64,000 nt of DNA, from IMG/VR virus record IMGVR_UViG_3300020172_003394, positions 1-64,000 of that record; one strand, given 5' to 3'. The stretch is from a virus. The position numbers and the translations under genes are program-made. Of this stretch, positions 44,823 to 55,766 are shown one piece after another (the stretch's first letter is position 1; each line of letters opens with the position of its first letter). The notes beneath the pieces are model-generated. The model worked only from the letters and a program-made list of their open reading frames with translations. It searched no databases and was not told where the DNA came from.

Positions 44823-46484
44823 ATGTCATTTTTTAAAGAAGAGTATTTTCAATCGTATATAAAAAGTGCTACCAATTCTCTAAGTGGTAATATAACTTCC
44901 ATTGCCCAAATTCCACGAGATGTTCCACTAGAAACTTTAATAGCACTCACGGCATACCGACCACAAATTATACAAGGAACAGTATTACAAAAAAACACAC
45001 AAACTAGCGAAGCGGTCAGCAAAGCAACAGAACTACGACTTCAACAAACTGGTTTGTTTACAAATAATTTACAAAATTTTAGACCTTCTATTTCTCGACG
45101 AGCTATACAACGTAGACGAGGTAACGGTCAACGTGTACCATTAAATCCAAGAGAACGGATATTACGTGGATTAGACCCAAGAACTAGACAATTGGTTCGA
45201 GAGTTAGAAGATTTACGTATATTAAAACAATTGCAAGATAGATTACAACAGCAAACAGATAGATTAGAGCAACAAATTAACAAATACACATCTATATTTA
45301 ATGCTCTAGTAAATGCACCCGATGCGCTGGTATCTGCGGGACTTACATTTTTAATCAACAAAATAGATCAATTAGAACAACTGTATAATGCGGCAAAAGC
45401 TGTATTTGAGTTAGTTAAGAAAGCTGCCGAAAATACCAAAAAAGCTATTCTCAAAGCTTTGTTTAAAGACATTCCACAATTTAGAAAAAACGTGAGAAAA
45501 GCAATTGATGTATTGCGAAGAATTTTGAAATTACGAGAAATTCCCAGAATAGTAAAATTTCCAAAATTTCCAAAACTACCAACAATAAATCTAACGTTCT
45601 CTAATTTTTACGCAAAATATAAATTAGCGTTAAATAGTTTAAAAAATAAAAACAGTTTATTTTATGATAGAGCATATTCGACTGCATTACAACAATCTGG
45701 TTTTGAAATTTTTGATCCAAACAAAGATAAAATTCAACGCGGATTAGCAAAAGCAAGAAATTCATTACGTCAAGTACGAGCAGATTTTCAAGCTAAGCAA
45801 GCGATACGAACTGCCGCCGTGGACCGCGCAAGAAATCAACTTATTGATAATGTAAGACAAACAAATAGAACTGTTGAACGTGAACGTCAAAATATATTAA
45901 AACAATATCAAAATGCAAAAACTGCAGGACAACGTGCAGGTGATCGCGCACGATCAACAGTTGATCGCACACGTGATAACATTGCTGACTTAGCAAATAG
46001 AACTACTGCGCGAGTAACCGCAAATCTTGGTGGAATAGTATCCGCAGTGAATACAGCAAACAATTTGTTTACTTCGGCTGGGACGTTGGTTGGTGGACTT
46101 AATAACGATGTAATTAAACTTGAATTAACAAGAAATTTGGTACAAGAAGCACAAACAGCCAATCAAATTGCACAACAAGTACAACAAACACCACCGCAAA
46201 TTTCGTCACTATCCACAATACAACAAACCGAAGTCTTCGTTAATGAACAAACTAAAACAATCACTACAGTCTCACGCAGATTACGTCCAAGTGATGCAGT
46301 AAATGAAGTAGAGTTATTAAACAGACGACGAGCACAACAAATTGGATATGTTGGACAACTGAGTGTAGATGGTACTCAACCTATACCAAAACGTCTTAAT
46401 GGACAAACCTTCTTTGAAGCAAGACTTACAATAACCTACGAATCGCAAGTTACGGTACCAACAGGCAGTGCAGTTATTGTATAA
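44823..46484 (+). CDS. helical hypothetical virion-module protein
   Basis: long ORF, coiled-coil character. Confidence 0.65.
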   Translation: MSFFKEEYFQSYIKSATNSLSGNITSIAQIPRDVPLETLIALTAYRPQIIQGTVLQKNTQTSEAVSKATELRLQQTGLFTNNLQNFRPSISRRAIQRRRGNGQRVPLNPRERILRGLDPRTRQLVRELEDLRILKQLQDRLQQQTDRLEQQINKYTSIFNALVNAPDALVSAGLTFLINKIDQLEQLYNAAKAVFELVKKAAENTKKAILKALFKDIPQFRKNVRKAIDVLRRILKLREIPRIVKFPKFPKLPTINLTFSNFYAKYKLALNSLKNKNSLFYDRAYSTALQQSGFEIFDPNKDKIQRGLAKARNSLRQVRADFQAKQAIRTAAVDRARNQLIDNVRQTNRTVERERQNILKQYQNAKTAGQRAGDRARSTVDRTRDNIADLANRTTARVTANLGGIVSAVNTANNLFTSAGTLVGGLNNDVIKLELTRNLVQEAQTANQIAQQVQQTPPQISSLSTIQQTEVFVNEQTKTITTVSRRLRPSDAVNEVELLNRRRAQQIGYVGQLSVDGTQPIPKRLNGQTFFEARLTITYESQVTVPTGSAVIV

Positions 46485-46524
46485 AACTGGTTTAAATCAT
46501 AGTTTTTTGATATTTAAATAGAGG

Positions 46525-47212
46525 GGCAAAAACGGTTACTTTTGAATGAAATGGTGGCACTTACGTGCAAACTATTAACCTATTAATTAAGGATTTAGTA
46601 TGAAGATTATCCGATTAGAACAACTTATTCGTGAAGTTGTCGAAGAAACCTTGCAGAACAAATCTAAAGCAGGTGAAGAAGCAAAGCGTCAAGGACTTAC
46701 AAATTTAAAATTTGGTAGGTGGGGTAAAGAAATTGATGGTAAAATGACAACAACGCACGTGTCACAGAACGGAAAATTGGTTGCTGTTAAAAAATCCGCA
46801 CCCACCGCAAAAGGTAAAGTATCAACTGGTGCAAATCCGACACGCCAAGCCACCAAAACCGTCGCAGCCAAAAAAATAGATTCTGTAGCCAACAAATTAT
46901 ATAGACAATATGACCGTGATGGTGACCACGATGATAGATATAGTGGTGTACACGCCGCCACGACAGTTATTACACACAAAAATCCATCTAATGCAGAGGA
47001 ACTATACAAATTGATTGATGCAATGGTAACTGCTACAGAAAAAAGAGATGATAAAGACGGAACAATTACTCCGGATGAGTGGTTTCAAGGCGTATATGAT
47101 TTTCGAGATAAATACCAAAAAACTCTTAATGACCCCACATCAACGCGCATTAAAGATGGGACTAACTGATATGCGTTTTGGTCGATATGGAAAGGCAAAA
47201 ACGGTTACTTTT
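46525..47212. repeat. 19-bp direct repeat ggcaaaaacggttactttt (46525-46543 and 47194-47212) flanking one gene
   Basis: exact copies read directly. Confidence 0.85.
46600..47169 (+). CDS. putative virion-associated protein
   Basis: LEQLIREVVEE N-terminus; GL...FGRWGK motif. Confidence 0.6.
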   Translation: MKIIRLEQLIREVVEETLQNKSKAGEEAKRQGLTNLKFGRWGKEIDGKMTTTHVSQNGKLVAVKKSAPTAKGKVSTGANPTRQATKTVAAKKIDSVANKLYRQYDRDGDHDDRYSGVHAATTVITHKNPSNAEELYKLIDAMVTATEKRDDKDGTITPDEWFQGVYDFRDKYQKTLNDPTSTRIKDGTN

Positions 47213-47226
47213 ATTCGGAGAGACAA

Positions 47227-47574
47227 ATGGACAAGACATTATTAAAAGCATACATCAGAACCATCGTAGAAGAAGAAGTTACCAGAATTCTTCCTAATCT
47301 TCTAGGTGAAGCTGTGGCACAAATCAAAGGGACACAACAAGTTAACGAAACTGTCGTTACCCCAAGTAAGCCAAAGCTTGACCGTTCAAAGTTAGCAGCG
47401 ATGATGGGATTGGAACGTCACGGAGACACCATAACCGCTACCACAAAGAATATGGTTCTCCCAGAAAATATTCCACACGGGGTTAACTTAAATGACCCAT
47501 CGGTAAAACCAGCGGTGGACGCTATCACCAAGGATTATAGTGCTTTGATGAAAAAGATGGGATTAAGTAAATAA
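47227..47574 (+). CDS. conserved hypothetical (virion-associated)
   Basis: IRTIVEEEV; AITKDYSALMKKM; GGAG SD. Confidence 0.7.
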   Translation: MDKTLLKAYIRTIVEEEVTRILPNLLGEAVAQIKGTQQVNETVVTPSKPKLDRSKLAAMMGLERHGDTITATTKNMVLPENIPHGVNLNDPSVKPAVDAITKDYSALMKKMGLSK

Positions 47575-47575
47575 T

Positions 47576-48019
47576 ATGTCAACTACCATCTATTTAGGTC
47601 AAACACTTCCGTTAAATAGAGGCACTCGTGGATTTTTTCAATCCACGACAAACGCACTGGAAAATGAAAAATCAAAGTTCATTAACTTAATTTTGACTAA
47701 AAAGGGAGAACGTGTAGCAAATCCAGATTTCGGGTGTGACTTATGGCGTTTATTGTTTGAACAAAAGGATGGTGAAATACAAGAGTTGGCACAACAATTT
47801 GTAATTGAAGCTGTACAACGTTTCATGCCATATTTATCACTTCAAAGTATAGAAATTACAAATTTTTCAACATTTCTAAATGATAACAGTATAAATCTAT
47901 ACGTCAAATATGGATTTACAAATAACCCACTCGTGTCAGATGAAGTTCAATTACAATTAAATACAAATCTCGCTGGTGGATTGGTTGTTTCTGGAAGAAC
48001 AACCACTAGAAATTTTTAA
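47576..48019 (+). CDS. baseplate wedge gp25-like protein
   Basis: NLILTKKGERV.NPDFGCDL..LLFE. Confidence 0.9.
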   Translation: MSTTIYLGQTLPLNRGTRGFFQSTTNALENEKSKFINLILTKKGERVANPDFGCDLWRLLFEQKDGEIQELAQQFVIEAVQRFMPYLSLQSIEITNFSTFLNDNSINLYVKYGFTNNPLVSDEVQLQLNTNLAGGLVVSGRTTTRNF

Positions 48020-48031
48020 TAGAGAACCATA

Positions 48032-49975
48032 ATGGCTACAACCAATAACGTATTAAATAAACTAAGTGTAACACCAAAGGAAGTAAGTTATCTCAACAAA
48101 TCTTTCGTAGATTTTAAAGGTGACTTAATTACCTTTATTAAAACGTACTATCCTACAACCTGGACAGACTTCAACGAAGCAAATCCAGGAATGATTATGT
48201 TGGAATTGGCCGCTTATGTAGGTGATGTATTATCTTTCTATGTAGATAATTCGTTTAAAGAAAATTTATTGGCATATGCAGAACAAGAAGGAAATATTAT
48301 TACTATTGCGCAAGCTATGGGATATAAACCAAAAACTATAATTCCAGCAACAGCAGAAGTATTAATTTCACAAGCGGTTCCGGCACTTGGTGCGGAGGAC
48401 GGATATATTCCCGACCCAAATTATTTTCTAAAAATCGACAGAAATTCAACGATGTCTACATTAGCACCAAATGTAGTAACATTCAGAACAACAGAAATTG
48501 TAGATTTTGCAGATCCAACGGACAGAATTGTTGCTCCACGACAATTGGATTCTGTAACGTTGTTACCCATAACTTATTTGGTTACCAAAAAAGTTAAAGT
48601 TATTGCAGGTGATATTAGACAAGAAACATTTACCTTTGGTGACCCGGAAAAATTTTCTACAATTACAATTGGGGATATTAACATAACCACAATTAGTGAA
48701 GTAGTTGATGCGGACGGATATAAGTGGAATGAAGTTGAATATCTAGCACAAGATACAATTATAGACGACAAAGAGGTGTCTTACACCGCGTCGGTAAGTG
48801 AATCCATAAGTCCTTCATACGCAATTAAATTTAGAACAGTTCCGCGTAGATTTGTTACACGACTTACACCAGACAAAAGAACACAATTGATATTTGGTTC
48901 TGGTAGAGGTAATGCCTCCGAAGATATTGTCTATCTTGACTCACAACAAGTAGCAAATACAGAATATGGTACACGGCTAGCAAGTGTGTCACTAAGCAAT
49001 ACCGATTTGTTAAATACGGATAACTTTGGATTGGCACCAGCAAATACGACCATCACTGTTACGTATTTTACTGGTGGTGGAGTAGATAGTAACGTATCAT
49101 CAGGAACTATTTTACAAACGGGACAATTAAACATCTTAAATAGAACCACGGAATTTAATCAAACAGAACTTGATTTATTTAATGATATCGTAAGCACAAT
49201 AACCGTATTTAATGAAATGCCAGCGAGAGGTGGGCAAGATGGTGAAAGTGTTGAAGAAATTCGGCAACGTGCATTAGCAAGTTATAGTGCGCAAAATCGT
49301 GTTGTAACTCGTAGAGATTACGAAGCAAGAACCTTGGCAATGCCAGCACAATTTGGAGCAATTGCAAAGGTATTTGCTATCTCCGACAGTTTACAAAGTA
49401 AAATTCAAGAAGAAACAACACCACAACAGCAAGATGATACTATTCGACAATATGTTGAAAATTATCCAAAACCAAATGCAATAAATTTGTATGTGTTGGG
49501 ATATAATCAAAGTAAAAAAATTACCACACTAAATAGTTTGGTCAAGTCAAATCTGCAACAATATCTTTCACAATATAGAATGTTAACAGATCAAGTAAAT
49601 ATTCTTGACGCATTTGTAGTGAATATTGGTGTAAATTTTGACATTACTGTGTTCAAAAATTACAATATGTCTGACGTTATAGCTGTATGTCTTGGTACCA
49701 TCAAAGATTATTTTGATATTGATAAGTGGAATATTAATCAACCACTTCGTTTAGGTGACTTATCATTATTATTAAATGCACAAGATGGTGTGCAAAGTGT
49801 TAATAGTGTCGAAATTGTTAACAAATATTTCTTTAAGAATGGTAGAGATTATCAACTATATCGTTATGACATCGCAGAAGCAACCGTTGATGGAGTTATC
49901 TATCCATCACTTGACCCGTGTATCTTTGAAATTAGATATCCAGAAGATGATATCGTAGGAAGTGCAAGACAATGA
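48032..49975 (+). CDS. baseplate wedge gp6/J-like protein
   Basis: DFNEANPGM, AYVGDVLSFY.D, GG.D.ES.EEIR, QNRVVT..DY. Confidence 0.9.
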   Translation: MATTNNVLNKLSVTPKEVSYLNKSFVDFKGDLITFIKTYYPTTWTDFNEANPGMIMLELAAYVGDVLSFYVDNSFKENLLAYAEQEGNIITIAQAMGYKPKTIIPATAEVLISQAVPALGAEDGYIPDPNYFLKIDRNSTMSTLAPNVVTFRTTEIVDFADPTDRIVAPRQLDSVTLLPITYLVTKKVKVIAGDIRQETFTFGDPEKFSTITIGDINITTISEVVDADGYKWNEVEYLAQDTIIDDKEVSYTASVSESISPSYAIKFRTVPRRFVTRLTPDKRTQLIFGSGRGNASEDIVYLDSQQVANTEYGTRLASVSLSNTDLLNTDNFGLAPANTTITVTYFTGGGVDSNVSSGTILQTGQLNILNRTTEFNQTELDLFNDIVSTITVFNEMPARGGQDGESVEEIRQRALASYSAQNRVVTRRDYEARTLAMPAQFGAIAKVFAISDSLQSKIQEETTPQQQDDTIRQYVENYPKPNAINLYVLGYNQSKKITTLNSLVKSNLQQYLSQYRMLTDQVNILDAFVVNIGVNFDITVFKNYNMSDVIAVCLGTIKDYFDIDKWNINQPLRLGDLSLLLNAQDGVQSVNSVEIVNKYFFKNGRDYQLYRYDIAEATVDGVIYPSLDPCIFEIRYPEDDIVGSARQ

Positions 49976-51003
49976 GATTATTCCTAACTGCCTCCGCAGA
50001 TAATACGTTATATCAACGTAATCCAACAAGAAATGCTGGCTTAGATGAAATTCTTGAAGTGGGCAAAGTAGCAAATCCAGAAGATTTAGAACTGGCGTAT
50101 ACAGGAAGTTCTGCACGAGCACTTGTAAACTTTAATATTACAAACAGTGGATCGTTTCCATCAACTGCGTCGTATTATTTAAATTTAAAAATTGCTAACG
50201 CAACTAAGTTGCCATTTTCACAAGAACTTATTATTAATAAAATATCAGCTTCTTGGACAGAAGGTAGTGGATATTATATCCAACAAACTGTGAATCCTGG
50301 TGACGGTTCAACCTGGAGACAATCTAACACATCCGTGTCTTGGAGTATTGCGGGGGGTGATTATTACACAACACCATCACAAAGTGTGTTACTAAATGAA
50401 TATCCATTACAAGATTTACGAATTGATGTGTCGGCAATACTACAGCCAGTTGTATCTCAATCATTACCTTGGTACGGACTGGCAATAGCATTTCCAAGTT
50501 CCTCCGAAATAGATTCTGTAAATGAAGGTAATATTAAATTTTTCTCTAGACAAACACATACAATTCACCAACCAACGTTGGAAATCGTGTGGGATTCATC
50601 AACATTTGTCACTGGTTCACTTAAACAAATTCCAAATACCTACGATATTCAGGTTGTTCCTAAAAACGTAAAGGAAACATATGTTCGTGGGTCAAAAGAA
50701 AAAATAAGATTGGTAGTACGTGACAAATATCCACAAAAGAACTTTAATACAGAATTACGATACAAAAACGTGTATTATTTACCAACATCATCGTATTTTA
50801 GTATAATTGATAGACAATCGGGAACTGTAGTATCACCGGCGGATGAATTTGCAAAGTTAAATTGCGATGCAACAGGATCACACTTTATACTTGATACATC
50901 AAATCTTTACAGAAACAGATACTACGCAGTTAATATTGATATTAATAATGGTGATTCCGACACCAATATACTTTCGGAAATATTTACATTCTTGGTGAAG
51001 TAA
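49972..51003 (+). CDS. virion structural protein (DNRLRE-like)
   Basis: ADNTLY, W.EG.G, FFSR.T.TI..P.LEI.WD. Confidence 0.6.
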   Translation: MRLFLTASADNTLYQRNPTRNAGLDEILEVGKVANPEDLELAYTGSSARALVNFNITNSGSFPSTASYYLNLKIANATKLPFSQELIINKISASWTEGSGYYIQQTVNPGDGSTWRQSNTSVSWSIAGGDYYTTPSQSVLLNEYPLQDLRIDVSAILQPVVSQSLPWYGLAIAFPSSSEIDSVNEGNIKFFSRQTHTIHQPTLEIVWDSSTFVTGSLKQIPNTYDIQVVPKNVKETYVRGSKEKIRLVVRDKYPQKNFNTELRYKNVYYLPTSSYFSIIDRQSGTVVSPADEFAKLNCDATGSHFILDTSNLYRNRYYAVNIDINNGDSDTNILSEIFTFLVK

Positions 51004-51728
51004 TGACATTTGATGATTTGATTAAAACATTTAAGGTGCAACCAGAGTTGAATAGACAATTTTGGACATCCGATAATAAACTTAATCCAACTATTCGTAA
51101 GGCTCTTATGAAAATTGCAAAAGAGTTTTACGATAGTATTGAGTTGGAAAACAAACCCAAGGTTAAAGATATTGTTTTTACTGGAAGTTTAGCAAACTAT
51201 AACTACTCAGAGTATTCTGATGTTGATTTACACTTATTATTTAATTTTGGTAAAGATAAAGAAGTATTATCACAATTGTTTTTGTTAGCAAAGTCAAAAT
51301 GGAATGATAAGCACGATATTACTATCAAGGGATATGATGTAGAAGTATACGCTGAAGATGAAAGTTCACCACACGTAGCAACTGGGTTGTATAGTGTGTT
51401 AAAGGATACGTGGATTAAAGAACCAACGAAAGATACACCAGTATATGATGAACAAGACGTAATAACCAAGGTGCGATATTTTGTTGGTATGTTTGATCAA
51501 TTAGTAAATCAATACAAGGCTGGTCAATTGGATGGTCTTGATAAAAAAATAGAAAAATTTAGAGACAAGTTGGGTAAGTTTAGACAATCTGGATTAGAAA
51601 AAGGTGGAGAATTTTCCACCGAAAATCTTGCATTTAAGTTATTACGACGAGCAGGATATATGGAAAAATTGGCAAATTTACAAAATATGACGATAGATAA
51701 ACAACTCTCAGTAGCGGAAACAAAGTAA
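51003..51728 (+). CDS. Pol-beta superfamily nucleotidyltransferase
   Basis: GSLANYN...YSDVDLH (GS..DxD) and VEVY. Confidence 0.8.
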   Translation: MTFDDLIKTFKVQPELNRQFWTSDNKLNPTIRKALMKIAKEFYDSIELENKPKVKDIVFTGSLANYNYSEYSDVDLHLLFNFGKDKEVLSQLFLLAKSKWNDKHDITIKGYDVEVYAEDESSPHVATGLYSVLKDTWIKEPTKDTPVYDEQDVITKVRYFVGMFDQLVNQYKAGQLDGLDKKIEKFRDKLGKFRQSGLEKGGEFSTENLAFKLLRRAGYMEKLANLQNMTIDKQLSVAETK

Positions 51729-51729
51729 T

Positions 51730-52944
51730 ATGTCACTTCTCAGTGCTATAAACACCACAATAGTTCGAGTTACAGAATTTACAACAGGTTCATCTGACCT
51801 GGTATTAACTATACCATTAACTTCTGGTGAAACCGTTCAATTTACTGCAGAAACACAATTTTTTACTCCACGACAAATTGCAACAAGTCGTTCTGATGTG
51901 TTGGGGTTACCAAGTCAAAGTGTTGTCGAATACACAGCAAATAATATTCCTGTAATTAAATTACCAATTGGTGCAGTGGATATTACAACACCACAATTCT
52001 ATCCAGTTTCTATTGTAAGTGATGTATATCAAGGAATTGACGGAGTTGCTGGATTCGGTAATATAGATAATTTTTTTCAAGAACTTACGGATGACTTGGA
52101 AGTACCTGATGACGAATTAACAAATTTGCGTGCACAACGTGATGCGGCAATGCAAGCTGCACTAGCACTTGATGACTTAGCAGCAGCATCCGATAGTGGT
52201 AACTCAGCGGCAATTGAAGAAGCAAACCAAGCTATCGATGAAGGATTGGCATCGGCAATCGTGGAAGAAGAACCAGACCCATCAACTATATTAACAGCTG
52301 AAGAAGCAGACGAATTGGGTGCACTGGATTTGGTTGGGTTAACCGACGATTTTGGAACCACAGATGGGGCAGACGATATTATCGACCCAACACCAGAGGT
52401 ATTAGAAGAAGATTTAATTGAAAAACTTCCATTATTACCTGGTAACAAAAAGCTCAGAGGCATTGATACGATTAATCAAGCTATCACACTTCTTAATAGT
52501 GGTATCCAAGCAGTAGAAGAATCTTCCCAATCGGGTACAGACGAAGATGGTAAATGTAAATTTATCAAGGTAGCAAAGGGTAAAAAAGGATTTTTGGGAG
52601 TTGGTAAAAGGAAAGAACGTAAAGTATCTCGGGAAGATACACAAAAAAAACTTGACTTAGTAAAACAAGATATAGAAGCACAGCGAGCAAGCAACGTAAC
52701 TATTATTGCTACAAAAAGTGGTGTACCAACCTACGTGTCTACAGCAAAATTAGCCACATTTGGTAGGGCAATCGAATCAACTAAAGTGGGAGCTTTGGGA
52801 GCTATAGCAGCAGTAACGCGTACCGGTGCAGGTAGAACAACGGTACCAAGAGGTTCTACACCAATGAGAAGAAATTCAGCGCTCAAACTTCTAGAATCAA
52901 CAGCAAAAGAATTACAAAAAATATTAGATAAAGAGTGTAATTAA
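51730..52944 (+). CDS. hypothetical protein, acidic centre and basic tail
   Basis: long ORF. Confidence 0.7.
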   Translation: MSLLSAINTTIVRVTEFTTGSSDLVLTIPLTSGETVQFTAETQFFTPRQIATSRSDVLGLPSQSVVEYTANNIPVIKLPIGAVDITTPQFYPVSIVSDVYQGIDGVAGFGNIDNFFQELTDDLEVPDDELTNLRAQRDAAMQAALALDDLAAASDSGNSAAIEEANQAIDEGLASAIVEEEPDPSTILTAEEADELGALDLVGLTDDFGTTDGADDIIDPTPEVLEEDLIEKLPLLPGNKKLRGIDTINQAITLLNSGIQAVEESSQSGTDEDGKCKFIKVAKGKKGFLGVGKRKERKVSREDTQKKLDLVKQDIEAQRASNVTIIATKSGVPTYVSTAKLATFGRAIESTKVGALGAIAAVTRTGAGRTTVPRGSTPMRRNSALKLLESTAKELQKILDKECN

Positions 52945-52946
52945 TA

Positions 52947-53837
52947 ATGGCAAATCAAGAAAATTATGTTGAAGTAATACCAAGTAATCCACAAGCATTT
53001 CCTGTTTCACGTATAGCAGAATCGGGAAACGATATAGATATCATTCAAGGTAGAATACCAGGACAGTTTGGATTCGACGTAGACGATAATATTGAAATGC
53101 ATTTCTACGATACCGCAAATCGATTGGTTGGGTCAGTAGTCGTACCCATATCCACAGGAATAATATCTGCAAGAACGATATTACTGCCTGACGGAATTAC
53201 AGACGAAAAGGTAGTTATTGATATGACCCGTGTTCAAAAAGAACTTGGTTTATTAATACCACCAGGAACATACTCCGTAACATTAAACTTATTTTCTGAT
53301 GAAATTGGGTCATATACAAATCCAAAAATGATTATCGAAGAAGTTTCACCTTCAAGAACAGAATTACGATTGGGTTTTACAAATACGTTTACACAAACAG
53401 AACAAAGTGAATTATTTGAGTTTGTAGAACCCTCGGTTCCACGTGTAGTCGCCGCTGGATTTGTAGCTGGAACCATTGGAGTAGAATCTGCGGATGTTAT
53501 AGATACAAGTGAATTGGGTGTAGCAACGGGACAAATACAAATACAACAATTCATAGATGCAGTATTGAATGAATTACAAGTACGACAACCAGATTTATTC
53601 TTTAATTTATTTGATATAGAACCAGACGCACCAGAAAATCTTAGTTTAACAATAGAATATTTATCTAGTGTTATTTATGAAGAGTTCGTGTCGTTGTTAG
53701 AAGTAACAAGAAATACAAAACAGTTTGATAGATTGCAAGAAAGTGAAGTAGCAGTATTAATTGAACGCGCGGTAGACAACGTATTAGTTAATAATAATAT
53801 CAATCTGTTTACACAAAATACAATTCGATATATTTGA
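52947..53837 (+). CDS. virion structural protein
   Basis: IEMHFYD, IEEVSPSRTELRL; context. Confidence 0.65.
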   Translation: MANQENYVEVIPSNPQAFPVSRIAESGNDIDIIQGRIPGQFGFDVDDNIEMHFYDTANRLVGSVVVPISTGIISARTILLPDGITDEKVVIDMTRVQKELGLLIPPGTYSVTLNLFSDEIGSYTNPKMIIEEVSPSRTELRLGFTNTFTQTEQSELFEFVEPSVPRVVAAGFVAGTIGVESADVIDTSELGVATGQIQIQQFIDAVLNELQVRQPDLFFNLFDIEPDAPENLSLTIEYLSSVIYEEFVSLLEVTRNTKQFDRLQESEVAVLIERAVDNVLVNNNINLFTQNTIRYI

Positions 53838-53845
53838 GGTAATGT

Positions 53846-55651
53846 ATGGCTAATGCAGCAGATTATTTACGGTTAGATACAACACAACTTCTTAACACGT
53901 ATAAATTACGAACTCGTAATATTACTCCCAGTAGTTTTGTTGCAACAAATATTGCACCAAATTACAGATTGTCTGTAACGATAATACCAACACTTGATTC
54001 GGTATTAGTCACACCATCGGCATTCACATTAGAACCAAACACATCAATTACAGTAACAGTTGCATATAATACTGCAGAACTGGAATTGTTATCTGCGGGT
54101 ACGCTGATCGGTGCATTAGATATGTCGGTATCGGCAATTGCAACTATAATTCCAGAAACTCCAGCGGCACCACCACCACCACCACTACCTCCAGCACCAC
54201 GACAAATTATATCACGAGTACAAATCACACCAACAAATTTCACATTCAACGAAGTAAACGAATCTCGGCAAATTACTGCACAATTGTTTGTAGATGATGT
54301 TGTAGTTCCTGATCCAACATTTAGATGGTCGTTGGAAAATGACACTGGGCAGGCATTTAGGATTGATGAAACTAGTGGTATAGTACGTGCATTGAAAACT
54401 GGAATAAATATTGCACAGGTAAAAGCACGAGTTGTAACACCGGTCCAATATTCACAAACTGTTGGGATATCTAACGTTGCAACAAACATTCCAGTTGTGG
54501 GGGGTGTAACAGGAAATCTTGTTGTTACAGTACTTGGACTTCCACCAAATATTGACGCTAGGGTGTCAATCAGTGATCTTGCCGAGGACAATTTTGTTCT
54601 CCAGGTGGGAAGAAGTCAAACATTTACTAATGTTCCTGTAGGAACATATACTATCACACCATCTGTTGTTACATCCGGTGGAGAAAATTATAATCCATCC
54701 GGCGGTGGCCGAATTGATGTTAGACCTGGTACCAACGAATTTATTATCACATATACACGACAAGAAATAAGTGAATACACCATTAACATTGTTGCATTAC
54801 TTGATAGTGTAGGTAGACCGATTCCACCTAACGCAACATTGAACATAGGTGATAGATTCACCGTTCGAGCAGAAACATTGCGAAATAATAGATTATCTTT
54901 TGTGGGACCAATACAATTCAATGCCACAAATACAACGGAAGCAAGTATACGAAGTGAAGGAGCGGGGGGTGGTGCTGGCGAACCGACAATAGTTGCGGAA
55001 TCCGGAGCCGTCTCGTTCCAACAAGGAGTAGCAGAGGCAACATTTACTGTATCTAATTCTGGACAAGTGGTAATTAATGCTATAAACGCAACAGCAGGAT
55101 CTGCTACAAGAGTGTTACAAGTTAGACCTAGACAAAATACAATTCGTATGGTGTCATCACCAAATATTATTTCTGGGCAGTGTGTTGAATTATCCGCTAC
55201 CGTATTGGTGGATGGTAGACCAACAGGAATTCCCGTGGAACTTACTTTGTCCGGAACAGCACCTGCTACAATTAGTAATATTCCTTGTGATACGGGACCA
55301 ACAGGTCCACAAAGTGGTGGTGATAAGAAATATGTATCGGTCAATCTTTCATCATTGCTATTTTCGTTCCAACTGCCAAATACCCCAGGACCATTTGGTA
55401 CTCAATTTCCCGGGGAGTTTATTACACCGGCAACATTAAGCATTCAAGGAACCGACACTCAACCCGATGGAGTATTTACCAAATATGCAGTTGGGTCGTC
55501 GGTCACTGTGTCGGTCAATAACATTGATAGTCGAGTTCAATTCAATGGATGGACTAACAATGGACAATTGGTTTCTAACCCAACAACGTATACGTTCACG
55601 GTTCCAGACCAAAACGTAATTACTTTGACCCCCACGTTTGTTGCTCGTTAA
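53846..55651 (+). CDS. multi-Ig-like/beta-sandwich tail or decoration protein
   Basis: Thr/Val-rich beta domains, Pro linker, C-terminal FNGW..NG.LVS..TTYTF repeat-like domain. Confidence 0.65.
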   Translation: MANAADYLRLDTTQLLNTYKLRTRNITPSSFVATNIAPNYRLSVTIIPTLDSVLVTPSAFTLEPNTSITVTVAYNTAELELLSAGTLIGALDMSVSAIATIIPETPAAPPPPPLPPAPRQIISRVQITPTNFTFNEVNESRQITAQLFVDDVVVPDPTFRWSLENDTGQAFRIDETSGIVRALKTGINIAQVKARVVTPVQYSQTVGISNVATNIPVVGGVTGNLVVTVLGLPPNIDARVSISDLAEDNFVLQVGRSQTFTNVPVGTYTITPSVVTSGGENYNPSGGGRIDVRPGTNEFIITYTRQEISEYTINIVALLDSVGRPIPPNATLNIGDRFTVRAETLRNNRLSFVGPIQFNATNTTEASIRSEGAGGGAGEPTIVAESGAVSFQQGVAEATFTVSNSGQVVINAINATAGSATRVLQVRPRQNTIRMVSSPNIISGQCVELSATVLVDGRPTGIPVELTLSGTAPATISNIPCDTGPTGPQSGGDKKYVSVNLSSLLFSFQLPNTPGPFGTQFPGEFITPATLSIQGTDTQPDGVFTKYAVGSSVTVSVNNIDSRVQFNGWTNNGQLVSNPTTYTFTVPDQNVITLTPTFVAR

Positions 55652-55689
55652 TATCCGTATATAACCTTCTACCACTTAAAATAGATTAT

Positions 55690-55765
55690 AAAATGGTTAC
55701 CAAAAGAACAACGTAAGAAAATTCTTCTTCTCTCCAATGACATGCGGATTCATTCCGGCACCAGT
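55690..55765 (+). pseudogene. fragment resembling a glycosyltransferase N-terminus (WLPKEQRKKILLLSNDMRIHSG)
   Basis: manual translation; no in-frame ATG or GT continuation. Confidence 0.45.
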
Positions 55766-55766
55766 C

